Below the pieces are notes generated by a model. The model searched no databases. It saw nothing but the letters and a program-made list of their open reading frames with translations, and was not told the origin of the DNA. A stretch of 43,964 nt of DNA from Nitrospirota bacterium (GTDB lineage: Bacteria > UBA2233), in the NCBI GenBank assembly GCA_011620345.1, contig WOZJ01000041.1, positions 1 through 43,964 on the forward strand. Reading direction: 5' to 3'. Both the position numbers and the translations under genes were made by a program. This document shows, in pieces, positions 1 through 9,030 of the stretch (position 1 is the stretch's first letter; every line of letters begins with the position of its first letter).

Positions 1-104
1 CCAAAAAATAAAGACCGAACGTCAGAAAGTCAAGTAACGCCAACGGAGAACTACCCTTTCAAGTTCTTCTGGGCTCTAAAGGAAAAAAGAACGTTCCCGG
101 GTTT

Positions 105-1601
105 TCATGCCACGACCTTTTTGTTCCACCTGCCTTGGTCCAGTGCCGAAAACTCCTCGAAAAGGTGCTCCCCCCAACGCTTGAGCGTGAACTGCTGAAC
201 GTGGTCGTAAAGGCGCTCCATTCGGCTCTTCGCTTCCTGTTGAGGCATATCGATGGAGGTTTCGATGGCCTTGTCCATGGATTCCACTGCGTAGGGGTTG
301 ACGAGGACCGCATCCTTAAGCTCGACGGCCGCCCCCGTGAACTCGGAGAGGACCAGAACCCCCCCCTTGCCCTTTTTGGTGGCGATATACTCCTTGGCGA
401 CGAGGTTCAGTCCATCCCTGAGTGGCGTAACGAGGCAAACGTCGGCGCATTCGTAGTAGGCGATGATCTCATCGAACGGGATCAGTCGGGCAAAGTGGGT
501 CACGGGAATCCAGTCGAGCTTAGCTAACCGGCCGTTGATGGCTCCCACCCGTTGCTCGATTTCGTTTTGAGTGGTCGTGTAGACCTCCATCCCCTTGGCA
601 GCCGGGGCCGTACCCACGACCAGCTTGATTTTCTCGCGTAACTCAGGCCTTCTTTCGAGAAGACGCTCGAAGGCACCAAGCAGCTCCAGGGTACCCTTGA
701 CATAATCCACACGACCCACGCTAAAGAGCATCTTTCGGCCATGAAGCTCCTCGGAAATCCTCTCAACCCTGGCCCGGTGAATGTCCTGGGCCTGGATCGC
801 CGTGATCGCTTCAGGGTTGATCCCCACGGGGAAGGAATCGATCTTGACGTGTCGGCCACGGAAGAGGAGTTTCTTGGTGGCTTCCGGCTCGGTCAGGGCC
901 GATCCCCTGGGTGTAAAAGCCTCCTCCTCGATGGGCTCCCTTTCCAGGATGCGGACATCCTCCAGCCCCTTGGCGGTCCGTACGAAGTTTTCCGCGTAGC
1001 GGGGGATGTGAAAACCGATGAGGTCGCACGTCAACAGGCTCTCCAGGATTTCTTGACTCCAGGGGATGATGTTGAAGATGTCCGATGCAGGGAAAGGCGT
1101 ATGGTGAAAGAAGGCAATCTTGGCATCCGGCTTGACCCTGCGGATAAAGGCGGGGGCCAGCCAGAGGTTGTAGTCGTGTACCCAGATGATGGTATCGTCC
1201 CCGGCCTCTTCGAGAGCCGCCTTGGCAAAGCGTTCGTTGATGGCAACGAAATTACCCCAGTTTGCCCTCTCGGAGGAGTGATAACTGGGAAACGAGTGCA
1301 AAAGCGGCCACAAGGCCTCTTTGGAGGTGATGTGGTAAAAATCCCTGATCTCTTCCGTGCTTAAGGGAATGCGACGTATGAAATAATTGGCGTTTCCTGG
1401 GGCCGGTAGCTTTTCTATAAAGGGTTCGTCCGTCTTCTCTTCTTTCCAAGCTATCCACGACCCGTGTTCGACGTTCTGAAAGAAACCCCTCAAGGAAGGC
1501 AGGATTCCGTTCGGGCTCGCGTGATCGACAAAGCTCGCCCTGCCGTTTTGGATGACTTCGGCAAAGGGCTGACGGTGGTAAAGAATAACGAGGTTGTTCA
1601 T
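105..1601 (-). CDS. ggpS: glucosylglycerol-phosphate synthase (GT20, OtsA-like)
   Basis: GT20 motifs [40 protein letters not shown]-terminal LVILYHRQP and SPNGILP typical of GgpS; gpsA and a phosphatase are adjacent. ATG 1601 preferred over 1625. Confidence 0.85.
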   Translation of the reverse strand: MNNLVILYHRQPFAEVIQNGRASFVDHASPNGILPSLRGFFQNVEHGSWIAWKEEKTDEPFIEKLPAPGNANYFIRRIPLSTEEIRDFYHITSKEALWPLLHSFPSYHSSERANWGNFVAINERFAKAALEEAGDDTIIWVHDYNLWLAPAFIRRVKPDAKIAFFHHTPFPASDIFNIIPWSQEILESLLTCDLIGFHIPRYAENFVRTAKGLEDVRILEREPIEEEAFTPRGSALTEPEATKKLLFRGRHVKIDSFPVGINPEAITAIQAQDIHRARVERISEELHGRKMLFSVGRVDYVKGTLELLGAFERLLERRPELREKIKLVVGTAPAAKGMEVYTTTQNEIEQRVGAINGRLAKLDWIPVTHFARLIPFDEIIAYYECADVCLVTPLRDGLNLVAKEYIATKKGKGGVLVLSEFTGAAVELKDAVLVNPYAVESMDKAIETSIDMPQQEAKSRMERLYDHVQQFTLKRWGEHLFEEFSALDQGRWNKKVVA

Positions 1602-1608
1602 GATTCCA

Positions 1609-2334
1609 TCACTCCTCATAGCCAAAATGGTTCAAGCCTTCAAAGATGCCTTCGGTGCCATGCGCTACGCTGTGGTAGATGTTCGGCATGGCCCTAGTCT
1701 TTTGAACGAGGGCAGGTTCGGCATTGCCGACAACAATCCCACGAAGGCCGGTTTCGAACAAGGCCCAATCGTTCAGGGTGTCGCCAGCGCATACCACGGC
1801 CTCCTTGGGCAGGGAGAGGGCGTTGAGCAGCCGAAGCAGCGTTGTCCCTTTGTTGACCCCTTTGGGCAGGATATCGAGGTAAACCCCTGCCGACATCAAA
1901 ACGTCCACCTCCGTCTCTTTAAGGAGATCGAGAGTCCCGGGGTCGAAAGCCTTGTCGTAGTAGTAGGACAACCGGTGCCGAAAGGGGCCGGGCTGGGGGG
2001 TGAGCCCTCGGATGCGGTTGAGTATGGGATGGACACGCTCGGGCTTATCCTGCCAATTTCTGGCAATATCGGACTCTATGGAAAGATAAGGGGAAAAATC
2101 TTTGCCTTCAAACACGCTCGTTCCCACATCCCCGATGATGTAATCGGGCCTGGGGACACCGTCTTCTTGGATGATTCTGCGGATAAAGCCTAAATCGCGA
2201 CCCGTGACGAAAATGAGGGCATCCTCTTTTGATCTGCGGGACAAGAGGCGGTAAAGACGCTCCTTGGCCTCCTTCGACCCGCCTAAGAAAGTGCCGTCTA
2301 AATCGGTTGCAAGAATGAGAGGTTTTGGAACCAT
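1609..2334 (-). CDS. HAD-IIB phosphatase (sucrose-phosphate phosphatase-like), probable glucosylglycerol-phosphate phosphatase
   Basis: DLDGT motif I, VTGR, K of motif III, GDTLND motif IV; RBS AAGGAGG. Confidence 0.8.
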   Translation of the reverse strand: MVPKPLILATDLDGTFLGGSKEAKERLYRLLSRRSKEDALIFVTGRDLGFIRRIIQEDGVPRPDYIIGDVGTSVFEGKDFSPYLSIESDIARNWQDKPERVHPILNRIRGLTPQPGPFRHRLSYYYDKAFDPGTLDLLKETEVDVLMSAGVYLDILPKGVNKGTTLLRLLNALSLPKEAVVCAGDTLNDWALFETGLRGIVVGNAEPALVQKTRAMPNIYHSVAHGTEGIFEGLNHFGYEE

Positions 2335-3359
2335 GCCACCTCCTTTCTCGATGTTTCTACGGGTTTGGCCTCGATGGTCTCCTGCTTGAGGGGGCGCCTC
2401 ATCAAGCGCTTGAGGAGGGTTTCGAGTGAAACGCCTCCGTAGAGGAGCTGGGCAATGGCCTTACAAAGGGGCATGTCCACGCCGTAGCGCTCGGCCAGCG
2501 CACTTACGGAGCGCACCGTGTGCATCCCTTCGCAGGTCTTTCGGCCATCCTCCGTCGCCTCGGCTAAGGTCTGGCCTTGGACCAGGGCATACCCCAGGGA
2601 GAAATTCCTGGATTTTGGACTCATGCAGGTAAGGGTCATGTCTCCAAGTCCGGCCAGGCCCAGGAGGGTTTCGGTCTTGGCCCCCATCCTTTCGCCCAGC
2701 CTTGCGATTTCCATAGCCCCTCTCGACAGCGCCGCTGCCTTGGCGCTCTCTCCTAAGCCTTTTCCGGCTATCGCCCCGCAGGCGATTGCCAGCACATTCT
2801 TAAGGGCCCCGCAGAGCTGAACCCCCATAGGGTCATCCGATAGGTAGGGTCGGAAGATATCCGAGGCCAAAGGCTCGAGCCATGGGAAGGCGAAATCCCG
2901 CGTAGCGATCGTCGTGGCCGATGGCAACCCTTGGGCGATTTCAACGGCGAAATTGGGGCCGGAAAGGACGGCCCTTTTTGTCCGGGGCAGGACTTCTTGG
3001 GCTATTTCCAGGGGGAAAAGCTGTGTGTGCTTTTCGATCCCCTTGCAGGCGATGAGAAGAGCAGGAAGCGGCGAGAGGTGCCTGATGGATTCCAAGAGCC
3101 CCCTTAAGGCCTGGGTAGGCACGGCGACCAGGGCCAGGGGAACGCTAAGGGCCTCTTTGAGCTCCGTCGTTGGAATGAGGGCCCGAGGAAGGGGGACTTC
3201 TGTCAGAGTGCGCGGGTGTCTGCGCTTCTTGGCGATCGTGGCCATGACGCTCGCATCCCGCCCCCAAAGAAGGACAGGGCGGCCGTGTCTGGAGAGCACA
3301 CAACCTAGCGCCGTTCCCCAAGCTCCGGCACCCAGCACCGAAAGAAACGCTCGATTCAT
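2298..3359 (-). CDS. gpsA: NAD(P)H-dependent glycerol-3-phosphate dehydrogenase
   Basis: GAGAWGTA, KGIE, LSGPNFA, GALKNVLAIACG, GLGDMTLTC, SRN motifs. Confidence 0.93.
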   Translation of the reverse strand: MNRAFLSVLGAGAWGTALGCVLSRHGRPVLLWGRDASVMATIAKKRRHPRTLTEVPLPRALIPTTELKEALSVPLALVAVPTQALRGLLESIRHLSPLPALLIACKGIEKHTQLFPLEIAQEVLPRTKRAVLSGPNFAVEIAQGLPSATTIATRDFAFPWLEPLASDIFRPYLSDDPMGVQLCGALKNVLAIACGAIAGKGLGESAKAAALSRGAMEIARLGERMGAKTETLLGLAGLGDMTLTCMSPKSRNFSLGYALVQGQTLAEATEDGRKTCEGMHTVRSVSALAERYGVDMPLCKAIAQLLYGGVSLETLLKRLMRRPLKQETIEAKPVETSRKEVAWFQNLSFLQPI

Positions 3360-3600
3360 TGGCTAGATTCCCGATTGGTGCGGGCCGCCCCTTAAGATGA
3401 CCCTTTGAGCTTCAAACAAAAGAGCACTCCTGGACGATGGGCTATTCCCATATTCCAGGTTTTCGATAAACCGAGACAAAAAACCTTGAAAAGGCCTTGA
3501 AGACAGTCGGTTACAGGACTAAAAAACAGACAAGTTTATCCATTATAGCCGGTGTCGCCATAAGATGGCAAGCTGCCAGTCTTGGGGCTTATAAAATGGG

Positions 3601-3681
3601 GTCGATGAGGACTTCCAAGCCGGGAGAGTCAAGGGTTTTGGTTATCTCGAAGAGCTTATCGAGGAGTTGGCCCGGGGCTAA
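3601..3681 (+). pseudogene. possible C-terminal remnant of a small antitoxin-like protein
   Basis: Reads VDEDFQAGRVKGFGYLEELIEELARG*, resembling the DEDIxAGRVxxFxxxEELIxEL tail of many antitoxins; in-frame TAA just upstream and no start codon. Confidence 0.3.
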
Positions 3682-3773
3682 GAAGAACGGCGTCCTCCTG
3701 CTTGTGGACCCAGGGGGCGCCAACACGGTCAAGACCCTGACAAATCAACGACATGCCTTCGCATGCACGCTCA

Positions 3774-4565
3774 TCATCCGATCGGGGTCCGCAGCATACC
3801 GCTCAAGCTTTGATGCGTCTGCTCATCCGGGAAGCCGTCCAGGCCGAAGCGTATCATTTCGGCGTCTTCTCGAAACCGGTAGCTCCCAAAGATGCGGTCC
3901 CATATGGACAGGACGCTCGAGTAATTCGAATTTGTCTCTCGCGCCAGCCGCGAGTGATGCACCCAGTGCATCCACGGCGTCACCATCAGCCATCGCAATG
4001 CGTTATCCACCCGCCGGGGCAGATTGACGTTGCTGTGATGAAAGGCGACGATCTGTGCGGCGATCAATTCATACAACGCCAAATGCCATAGCTCCATGCC
4101 AAGCAAAGCCACCACGATCAGCCTGGCGGCAGTGGAAAGCACGATCTCGCCAGGATGAAATCTCAGTGAGGTCGAGACATCCATGCGCGGGTCCGAATGA
4201 TGCACTCGATGGAAGCGCCACAGGAATGGCATGGTGTGATTGATTCGATGCCACCAGTACATCCATGCATCGAAGAAGAGCAGGGCGACCAACGCTTTGC
4301 CCCACTCTGGACCCATCAGCCAGCGCGTCAATCCTAAATCATGGGCCTCCGCCCACCGGATCGAAACGGCAATCATTGCGCCAAGAAACACGATTCCCAA
4401 CAGGCCATTGGTTAATCCAAGCGCCGCGTTGCGAAAACCGTGAACCCATCGAGCGCGCGCATCAAGGCTAAAAGCGGCGAAATGGGGCGCGAGGCTTTCC
4501 GCCGTCCAGAGAACCGCGATGGTCACGGCAAGAGCCAGTGGACGCTCATCGCTGAATATGGTCAC
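3774..4565 (-). CDS. sterol desaturase / fatty acid hydroxylase family membrane di-iron protein
   Basis: His boxes HRINH, HRVHH, HHSN, HWVHH; NSNYS..WDRIFG; GTG start with AAGGAGG RBS. Confidence 0.88.
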   Translation of the reverse strand: MTIFSDERPLALAVTIAVLWTAESLAPHFAAFSLDARARWVHGFRNAALGLTNGLLGIVFLGAMIAVSIRWAEAHDLGLTRWLMGPEWGKALVALLFFDAWMYWWHRINHTMPFLWRFHRVHHSDPRMDVSTSLRFHPGEIVLSTAARLIVVALLGMELWHLALYELIAAQIVAFHHSNVNLPRRVDNALRWLMVTPWMHWVHHSRLARETNSNYSSVLSIWDRIFGSYRFREDAEMIRFGLDGFPDEQTHQSLSGMLRTPIG

Positions 4566-4636
4566 TCCCCTACCTCCTTTGACGGGTCAGAGGTTGGCCT
4601 CGATTATGGATAGAAGCAATATCACCGGTGGCGTGT

Positions 4637-6031
4637 TCACCCTCGTTCCCCGGCACTTTCGCGACTCGCTATCTGCGTCAAATTCCCCTTGTGTGTGGGA
4701 TAGTACCCTAACCTATTCAGCCACACGGCGATGGTGCCGGGGCTTGCCCCCATGGCATAGGCCATAATAACCCCCCGGTGGAGCAGAAAGGTCTTTAGGA
4801 TACCGAGTCTTTGCCAGCGACGAGCCGAGGTGACCGCGGATTCCGGCAAGATGACGATCTTCCCCATCCGCTTGAGAGCGCGCACGATGATGACATCCTC
4901 CAGAACAGGCGCCGCTCGGAAGCCGCCAATCTCAGCAAAGGTGGATGCCCGCAGGAACAGTCCTTGATCGCCGTAAGGTTCATGGAAGGCCGAGGATCGT
5001 ACATTGGTCAACCATTCGACAATGGCCAACAAAGGGGAATGTTTATCAACTCGAAAGCGAAAGGCGCCGGCGACATTGTCCGGTTGCTTGAGAGCGTCGC
5101 GGATCGAATGCGAGAAACCCGGCGAGAGCAATGTATCTGCGTGGAGAAACAGAAGGATTGTGCCGGTGGCAATTTCCGCGCCAGCGTTCATCTGCCGTCC
5201 ACGTCCAGGCAGGGATCGAGTGACCGTGGCTCCAAAACCTTGGGCAATGGCGCAGGTTGTATCGGTGCTGCCCCCATCGGCAATGATCGCTTCGACGTCC
5301 GGTTCATCCATCACCCTTCCTAGAATCACCCCGATTCGCGCCGCCTCATTCAGGGTGGGGATGATGACGCTGATTCGTTCGGCGCCAGAGCATGGGGCTG
5401 TCTCCTTACTGATGGCTGTCCAAAGCGCCAGATCCTCCGGACGATCGACATCGCTCAGCATTTCAAGCTGACGATATGAACGTCCGGCATCTTTCGCCCT
5501 GAACAGCGTTTCTTCGAGGACGGTTGCGGTTCCCCATGTAATCTCGTGAAAGAGCTCGGGGCAGGGACGCCGCAGACCTACCAGGTAATAGCCGCCATCG
5601 CGGGCGGGACCAAGCACAAGGTCCTTGCTTTCGAGGGACGAAAAAGCCTCTCCGAGAATGTTCCCGTCAAGCTGTGGACAATCGGTGCCTATAAGAACAA
5701 CGGACCGGTAACCGCGTTCGAAGGCCGAGGTAAACGCCTGGGCCATTCTCGCGCCCAAGTCACCCGGCGCCTGCTGCCAATACTCTAGGTCAGCCCCTAG
5801 CCATTGCTGGAAATCGGCGTGCTCGCCTCCCGTATAATGCACCTCCAGTGCAAACCCATGGCGTCGAGCCGCGCTTTGGACGAGGTCTAGCGTATGCACG
5901 GTCATCCGGCGTTGAAGATCGGCCGCCCCCTTCGGCCCCAAGGCTGGGATCAGGCGCGTCTTCGTGAGGCCGGGCTTTGGCAGGCGAGTGAAGAGAATTA
6001 CCAGCGGGGCATTCTTGTCCTGCAATGTCAT
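4637..6031 (-). CDS. fused TIGR04282-like (DUF2064, CofC-like) plus TIGR04283-like GT2 glycosyltransferase, arsenosugar-biosynthesis-associated
   Basis: N-half: PxPGxxKTRL, GDLGARM, IGTDCP, LGPARDGGYYLVG, DVDRPEDL. C-half: ISVIIPTLNEA, DGGSTD, GRGRQMNAGA, FLHADT, PYGDQGLF, TSARRW. ATG 6031 follows GAGGAG. Confidence 0.85.
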   Translation of the reverse strand: MTLQDKNAPLVILFTRLPKPGLTKTRLIPALGPKGAADLQRRMTVHTLDLVQSAARRHGFALEVHYTGGEHADFQQWLGADLEYWQQAPGDLGARMAQAFTSAFERGYRSVVLIGTDCPQLDGNILGEAFSSLESKDLVLGPARDGGYYLVGLRRPCPELFHEITWGTATVLEETLFRAKDAGRSYRQLEMLSDVDRPEDLALWTAISKETAPCSGAERISVIIPTLNEAARIGVILGRVMDEPDVEAIIADGGSTDTTCAIAQGFGATVTRSLPGRGRQMNAGAEIATGTILLFLHADTLLSPGFSHSIRDALKQPDNVAGAFRFRVDKHSPLLAIVEWLTNVRSSAFHEPYGDQGLFLRASTFAEIGGFRAAPVLEDVIIVRALKRMGKIVILPESAVTSARRWQRLGILKTFLLHRGVIMAYAMGASPGTIAVWLNRLGYYPTHKGNLTQIASRESAGERG

Positions 6032-6059
6032 CGTCTCTCCTCTGGGCGCTTCACAACGG

Positions 6060-6225
6060 GTCAATCGTGGGATACTACACCTCGTTCAGCACCCCGGCCG
6101 AGAGGGTGAACCAGATCGTGCTCGAAGCCGCATAGGCGCAACCGACCGCGTCCTTATCGCTGGCGTGTCCATTTCGGCTCGATGCCCGGTGAACCGAAAG
6201 CAGGATTTTCCTTGTGAACTATCAT
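6060..6225 (-). pseudogene. N-terminal fragment of a GH15 glucoamylase / glucodextranase
   Basis: AAGGAG RBS then MIVHKENPAFGSPGIEPKWTR, a frameshift, then SDKDAVGCAYAASSTIWFTLSAGVLNEV*YPTID. Matches the family N-terminal pattern AFGxPGIxPxWT..K..VG....S.VWFTL..G.LNEVYYPxID. Confidence 0.75.
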
Positions 6226-6282
6226 CGCGGACTCCTTGAGCGATTGAGGGTGGATAAGCCCGAGCGATCTGCTCCGTTTGGG

Positions 6283-7815
6283 CTAGCGCATGACCTTCAA
6301 CATCCATTCGAGCATTTTCTTCCGGCCAGGCGTCAGGCGTTTGCGATTATACTGGTCGGCCGCCTTGCGAATGACTTCTGCTTGTGTCGGGTAGGGGTGA
6401 ATCACGTTGCCGACACTGCCCAGCTTGATCTTCTGGGTCATCGCCAATGTCAACTCGCTGATCATTTCGCCGGCATGCCGGGCAACGAGGGTAGCCCCAA
6501 GGACGTGGCCATCCCTGACGTTCACATGCACCTTGAGAAATCCTTCCTCGTCACCATCGAGCACAGCCCGGTCGACATCACTGAGTTCCACCTTGATCGT
6601 GTCGTATCTGATTCCCTGCTCATCCAATTGGCGTGCGTAGGCCCCAACGTGAGCGATCTCCGGATCGGTATAGGTGCACCAGGGGATGACAAGGCCGCTG
6701 AACTTTTTCCTGGGCAGAAAAGGAAAGAGCGCATTTTGAACCGCAATTCGCGCGCCAAAGTCGGCGGCGTGCGTGAACTTAAAAGCCGAACAGATGTCGC
6801 CCGCTGCGTAGATGTTGGAATTGGATGTCTGCAGCGCATCATCGACCTGAACACCCGAGCGACCATATGCGACGCCAGCCGCTTCGAGATTCAGTCCCTC
6901 CACATTCGGCGCCCGCCCGACGCCGACAAGAATCTGGTCGGCTGTGAGTGCCAATGACCGACCGCTTTGATTCACGTGAATCGTCTTGACGCCATTCTCG
7001 ACACTTGCGCGCTCCACTTCGGCGTTAAGCAGAATCTCAATTCCCTCGCGTGCGAACGTCTGGGCCAGAATCGTGGCGGCATCGGGATCTTCCTTGCTCA
7101 GAAACTGTGGCCCGTGATGGATTATGGTCACGGCGGAACCGAGCCGGTGGAAGGCTTGCGCCAGCTCGCAGCCGATCGGTCCACCGCCGATCACGACTAA
7201 TTCGCGCGGCAGTTGGGTGAGAGAAAAGACGGTCTCGTTAGTCAGATAACCCGCTTCGGCCAAACCGTCGATCGGTGGTGAAGCCGCCCTCGCGCCGGTG
7301 GCGATGATCGCCTTCTTGAAGCGCAGCCTTTGGCCCCCTACCTCAACGGCGTCCGGGCCGGTGAAGCGGGCGTCGCCGAGAAACACATCGACTCCAAGCC
7401 CGGCAAATCGGTTCACTGAGTCATTCGGGCTGATGCCGCTGCGCAGGCGGCGCATTCGTTCCATCACCGCCACGAAATCCACGGAACAGTCAGATGGACC
7501 TTTGATGCCAAAATTCGAGGCATTTTGCAAATCGAAGGCCGCACGCGAAGATCGGATCATCGCCTTGGAGGGAACGCAGCCGACATTCAGGCAGTCGCCG
7601 CCCATCAGGTGGCGTTCCACAAGAGCGACATGCCCGCCCAGGCTTGCCGCAATCGCGGCGGAAACCAAACCCGCGGTGCCTGCCCCGAGAACGACCAGAT
7701 TGTATCGCCCCCGGGGCTGGGGATTGTCCCAGTCGTCCGGATGCGCGTTCTGTACCAGTTCGGAGTTGTAGCGGTCCATCGGCTCGATTCGGCCAATTCG
7801 TTCATTGCTATCCAT
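6283..7815 (-). CDS. class I pyridine nucleotide-disulfide oxidoreductase (MerA-like / dihydrolipoamide dehydrogenase family)
   Basis: GAGTAG, GGDCLNVGCVPSK redox disulfide, GGGPIGCE, GD, HPYPTQAE. Start 7815 chosen because the longer ORF extension overlaps a kinase remnant. Confidence 0.85.
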   Translation of the reverse strand: MDSNERIGRIEPMDRYNSELVQNAHPDDWDNPQPRGRYNLVVLGAGTAGLVSAAIAASLGGHVALVERHLMGGDCLNVGCVPSKAMIRSSRAAFDLQNASNFGIKGPSDCSVDFVAVMERMRRLRSGISPNDSVNRFAGLGVDVFLGDARFTGPDAVEVGGQRLRFKKAIIATGARAASPPIDGLAEAGYLTNETVFSLTQLPRELVVIGGGPIGCELAQAFHRLGSAVTIIHHGPQFLSKEDPDAATILAQTFAREGIEILLNAEVERASVENGVKTIHVNQSGRSLALTADQILVGVGRAPNVEGLNLEAAGVAYGRSGVQVDDALQTSNSNIYAAGDICSAFKFTHAADFGARIAVQNALFPFLPRKKFSGLVIPWCTYTDPEIAHVGAYARQLDEQGIRYDTIKVELSDVDRAVLDGDEEGFLKVHVNVRDGHVLGATLVARHAGEMISELTLAMTQKIKLGSVGNVIHPYPTQAEVIRKAADQYNRKRLTPGRKKMLEWMLKVMR

Positions 7816-7887
7816 GCCAGTCCAGTCCTCTCTGATAGTTGAATTTTCCCACATGGGTGTAATGCCCATTCGTAGGGTGTCCATCCT

Positions 7888-8077
7888 TGGCAGCTCAAAC
7901 CAAAACGTGGCGCCTCGGTCATTATTATTGATTATTGCGCACGCCGATCCGCCTGCCATGGAGTTCGACAAGTTGTTTGCAGATATGGAGGCCAAGGCCA
8001 GAACTGGTTTCAGTTACGCGATTACCACCCGCACAGAATTTGATGGCATTGCCGATCAGATTTTGTAATACCTGACG
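7888..8077 (-). pseudogene. internally deleted, frameshifted histidine kinase ATPase (HATPase_c) remnant
   Basis: RQVLQNLIGNAIKF (N box), then directly ETSSGLGLHICKQLVELHGRRIGVRNN (G2 box), then after a frameshift DRGATFWFELP; G1/F boxes are missing. Confidence 0.8.
7924..7937. repeat. 7-bp tandem duplication (attattg x2) at the frameshift of the kinase remnant
   Basis: attattg attattg seen directly at 7924-7930 and 7931-7937. Confidence 0.7.
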
Positions 8078-8089
8078 CTCATTCGGAAC

Positions 8090-8797
8090 CTAATTGCGCA
8101 GGGCAGCCCGAGCAACGTGGGTAATGTAGATCGTCACCGCCACTGTGGCCAACAAACCGATGATCTTGAAGACTTGTTGGCTCATACCCCCTTCGACCGA
8201 ACCGGTAAAGACCTGGGCCAGGTCCTTGGCCGTCGAACCCAGATAAACATAAAGCACCGTACCGGGGATCATTCCGAGCCAGGAGGCGAGAACGTAGATA
8301 GAAAACCGGACTCGGGTCAGCCCGAACGCGTAATTGAGCATATTAAAGGGGAATACGGGCGACAAACGTGTCAAGAGAACGATTTTGAAACCTTGTCGCC
8401 CAACCGCCTCGTCAATCGCCGCGAATTTGGGGTTTCGCTCGATTTTTCGCTCGATGAAGTCCCGCGCGAAGTAGCGCCCGACGAGGAAGGCGGCACTAGC
8501 ACCCACTGTGCTCCCCACAGACACGGTTAACGAGCCTGCCACGACCCCGAAAAGAAATCCGGCGGGCAGCGTCAAGAGCAAGCCAGGGATAAAGAGCACA
8601 GTGGCAACGACATAGGCGCCAGCCAGAACCAGGTAGCCCCAGTATCCAATCCCCCGAGTCCATTCCAGCATTGCCGAGATATATCCCTTGACCGGCAGGA
8701 ACGCGAGGATGGCGACGATCGCCAGAGCAAGGCATGCCAGGAGGGCCGGTCGTACCCATTTATTCGGCCGGGGCGATGAGTGGATTGCTTGGTTCAT
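8090..8797 (-). CDS. TVP38/TMEM64 (VTT, DedA superfamily) membrane protein
   Basis: LFIPG.LLTL.AGFLFG, AFLVGRY, LTRLSPVFPFNMLNYAFGLT, GMIPGT.LYVYLG. Confidence 0.9.
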   Translation of the reverse strand: MNQAIHSSPRPNKWVRPALLACLALAIVAILAFLPVKGYISAMLEWTRGIGYWGYLVLAGAYVVATVLFIPGLLLTLPAGFLFGVVAGSLTVSVGSTVGASAAFLVGRYFARDFIERKIERNPKFAAIDEAVGRQGFKIVLLTRLSPVFPFNMLNYAFGLTRVRFSIYVLASWLGMIPGTVLYVYLGSTAKDLAQVFTGSVEGGMSQQVFKIIGLLATVAVTIYITHVARAALRN

Positions 8798-8861
8798 TCC
8801 GCATTGTCCTCAGGTATATTAGGTCTGGGAATCTCGTCATTCCTGACAGCAGTTTCGCGCA

Positions 8862-9029
8862 TCAGCGCTGTTCGTCCAGAGGCCGGTCATAATCCAAGCA
8901 ATCGATTCGGTACTCTTGCTTTTCGAGGTATTGCGCATCTTCATCGCTCACATGACGCGAGGTGAATTCCAAAACCGGTCGAACAGACGCATCGGCTTGC
9001 CGAAACCCTTTTGTCTGGTATTGTTCATG
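8862..9029 (-). pseudogene. probable C-terminal remnant of a DUF547-family protein
   Basis: Frame without a start reads ...PVLEFTSRHVSDEDAQYLEKQEYRIDCLDYDRPLDEQR*, resembling the DUF547 terminus (I.YLDYDWSLNEQ). An out-of-frame ATG at 9028 has a GGAGG RBS. Confidence 0.5.
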
Positions 9030-9030
9030 G

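Noticed and set aside
3590-3625. attR copy of the tmRNA 3' end (taaaatggggtcgatgagg)
   Set aside because: Similarity is limited to about taaatgg; no T-arm match
6283-7995. Mercuric reductase merA / mercury resistance, with a 570-aa start at 7995
   Set aside because: No C-terminal Cys-Cys, no NmerA domain and no merR/T/P; the N-terminal extension derives from the kinase scar
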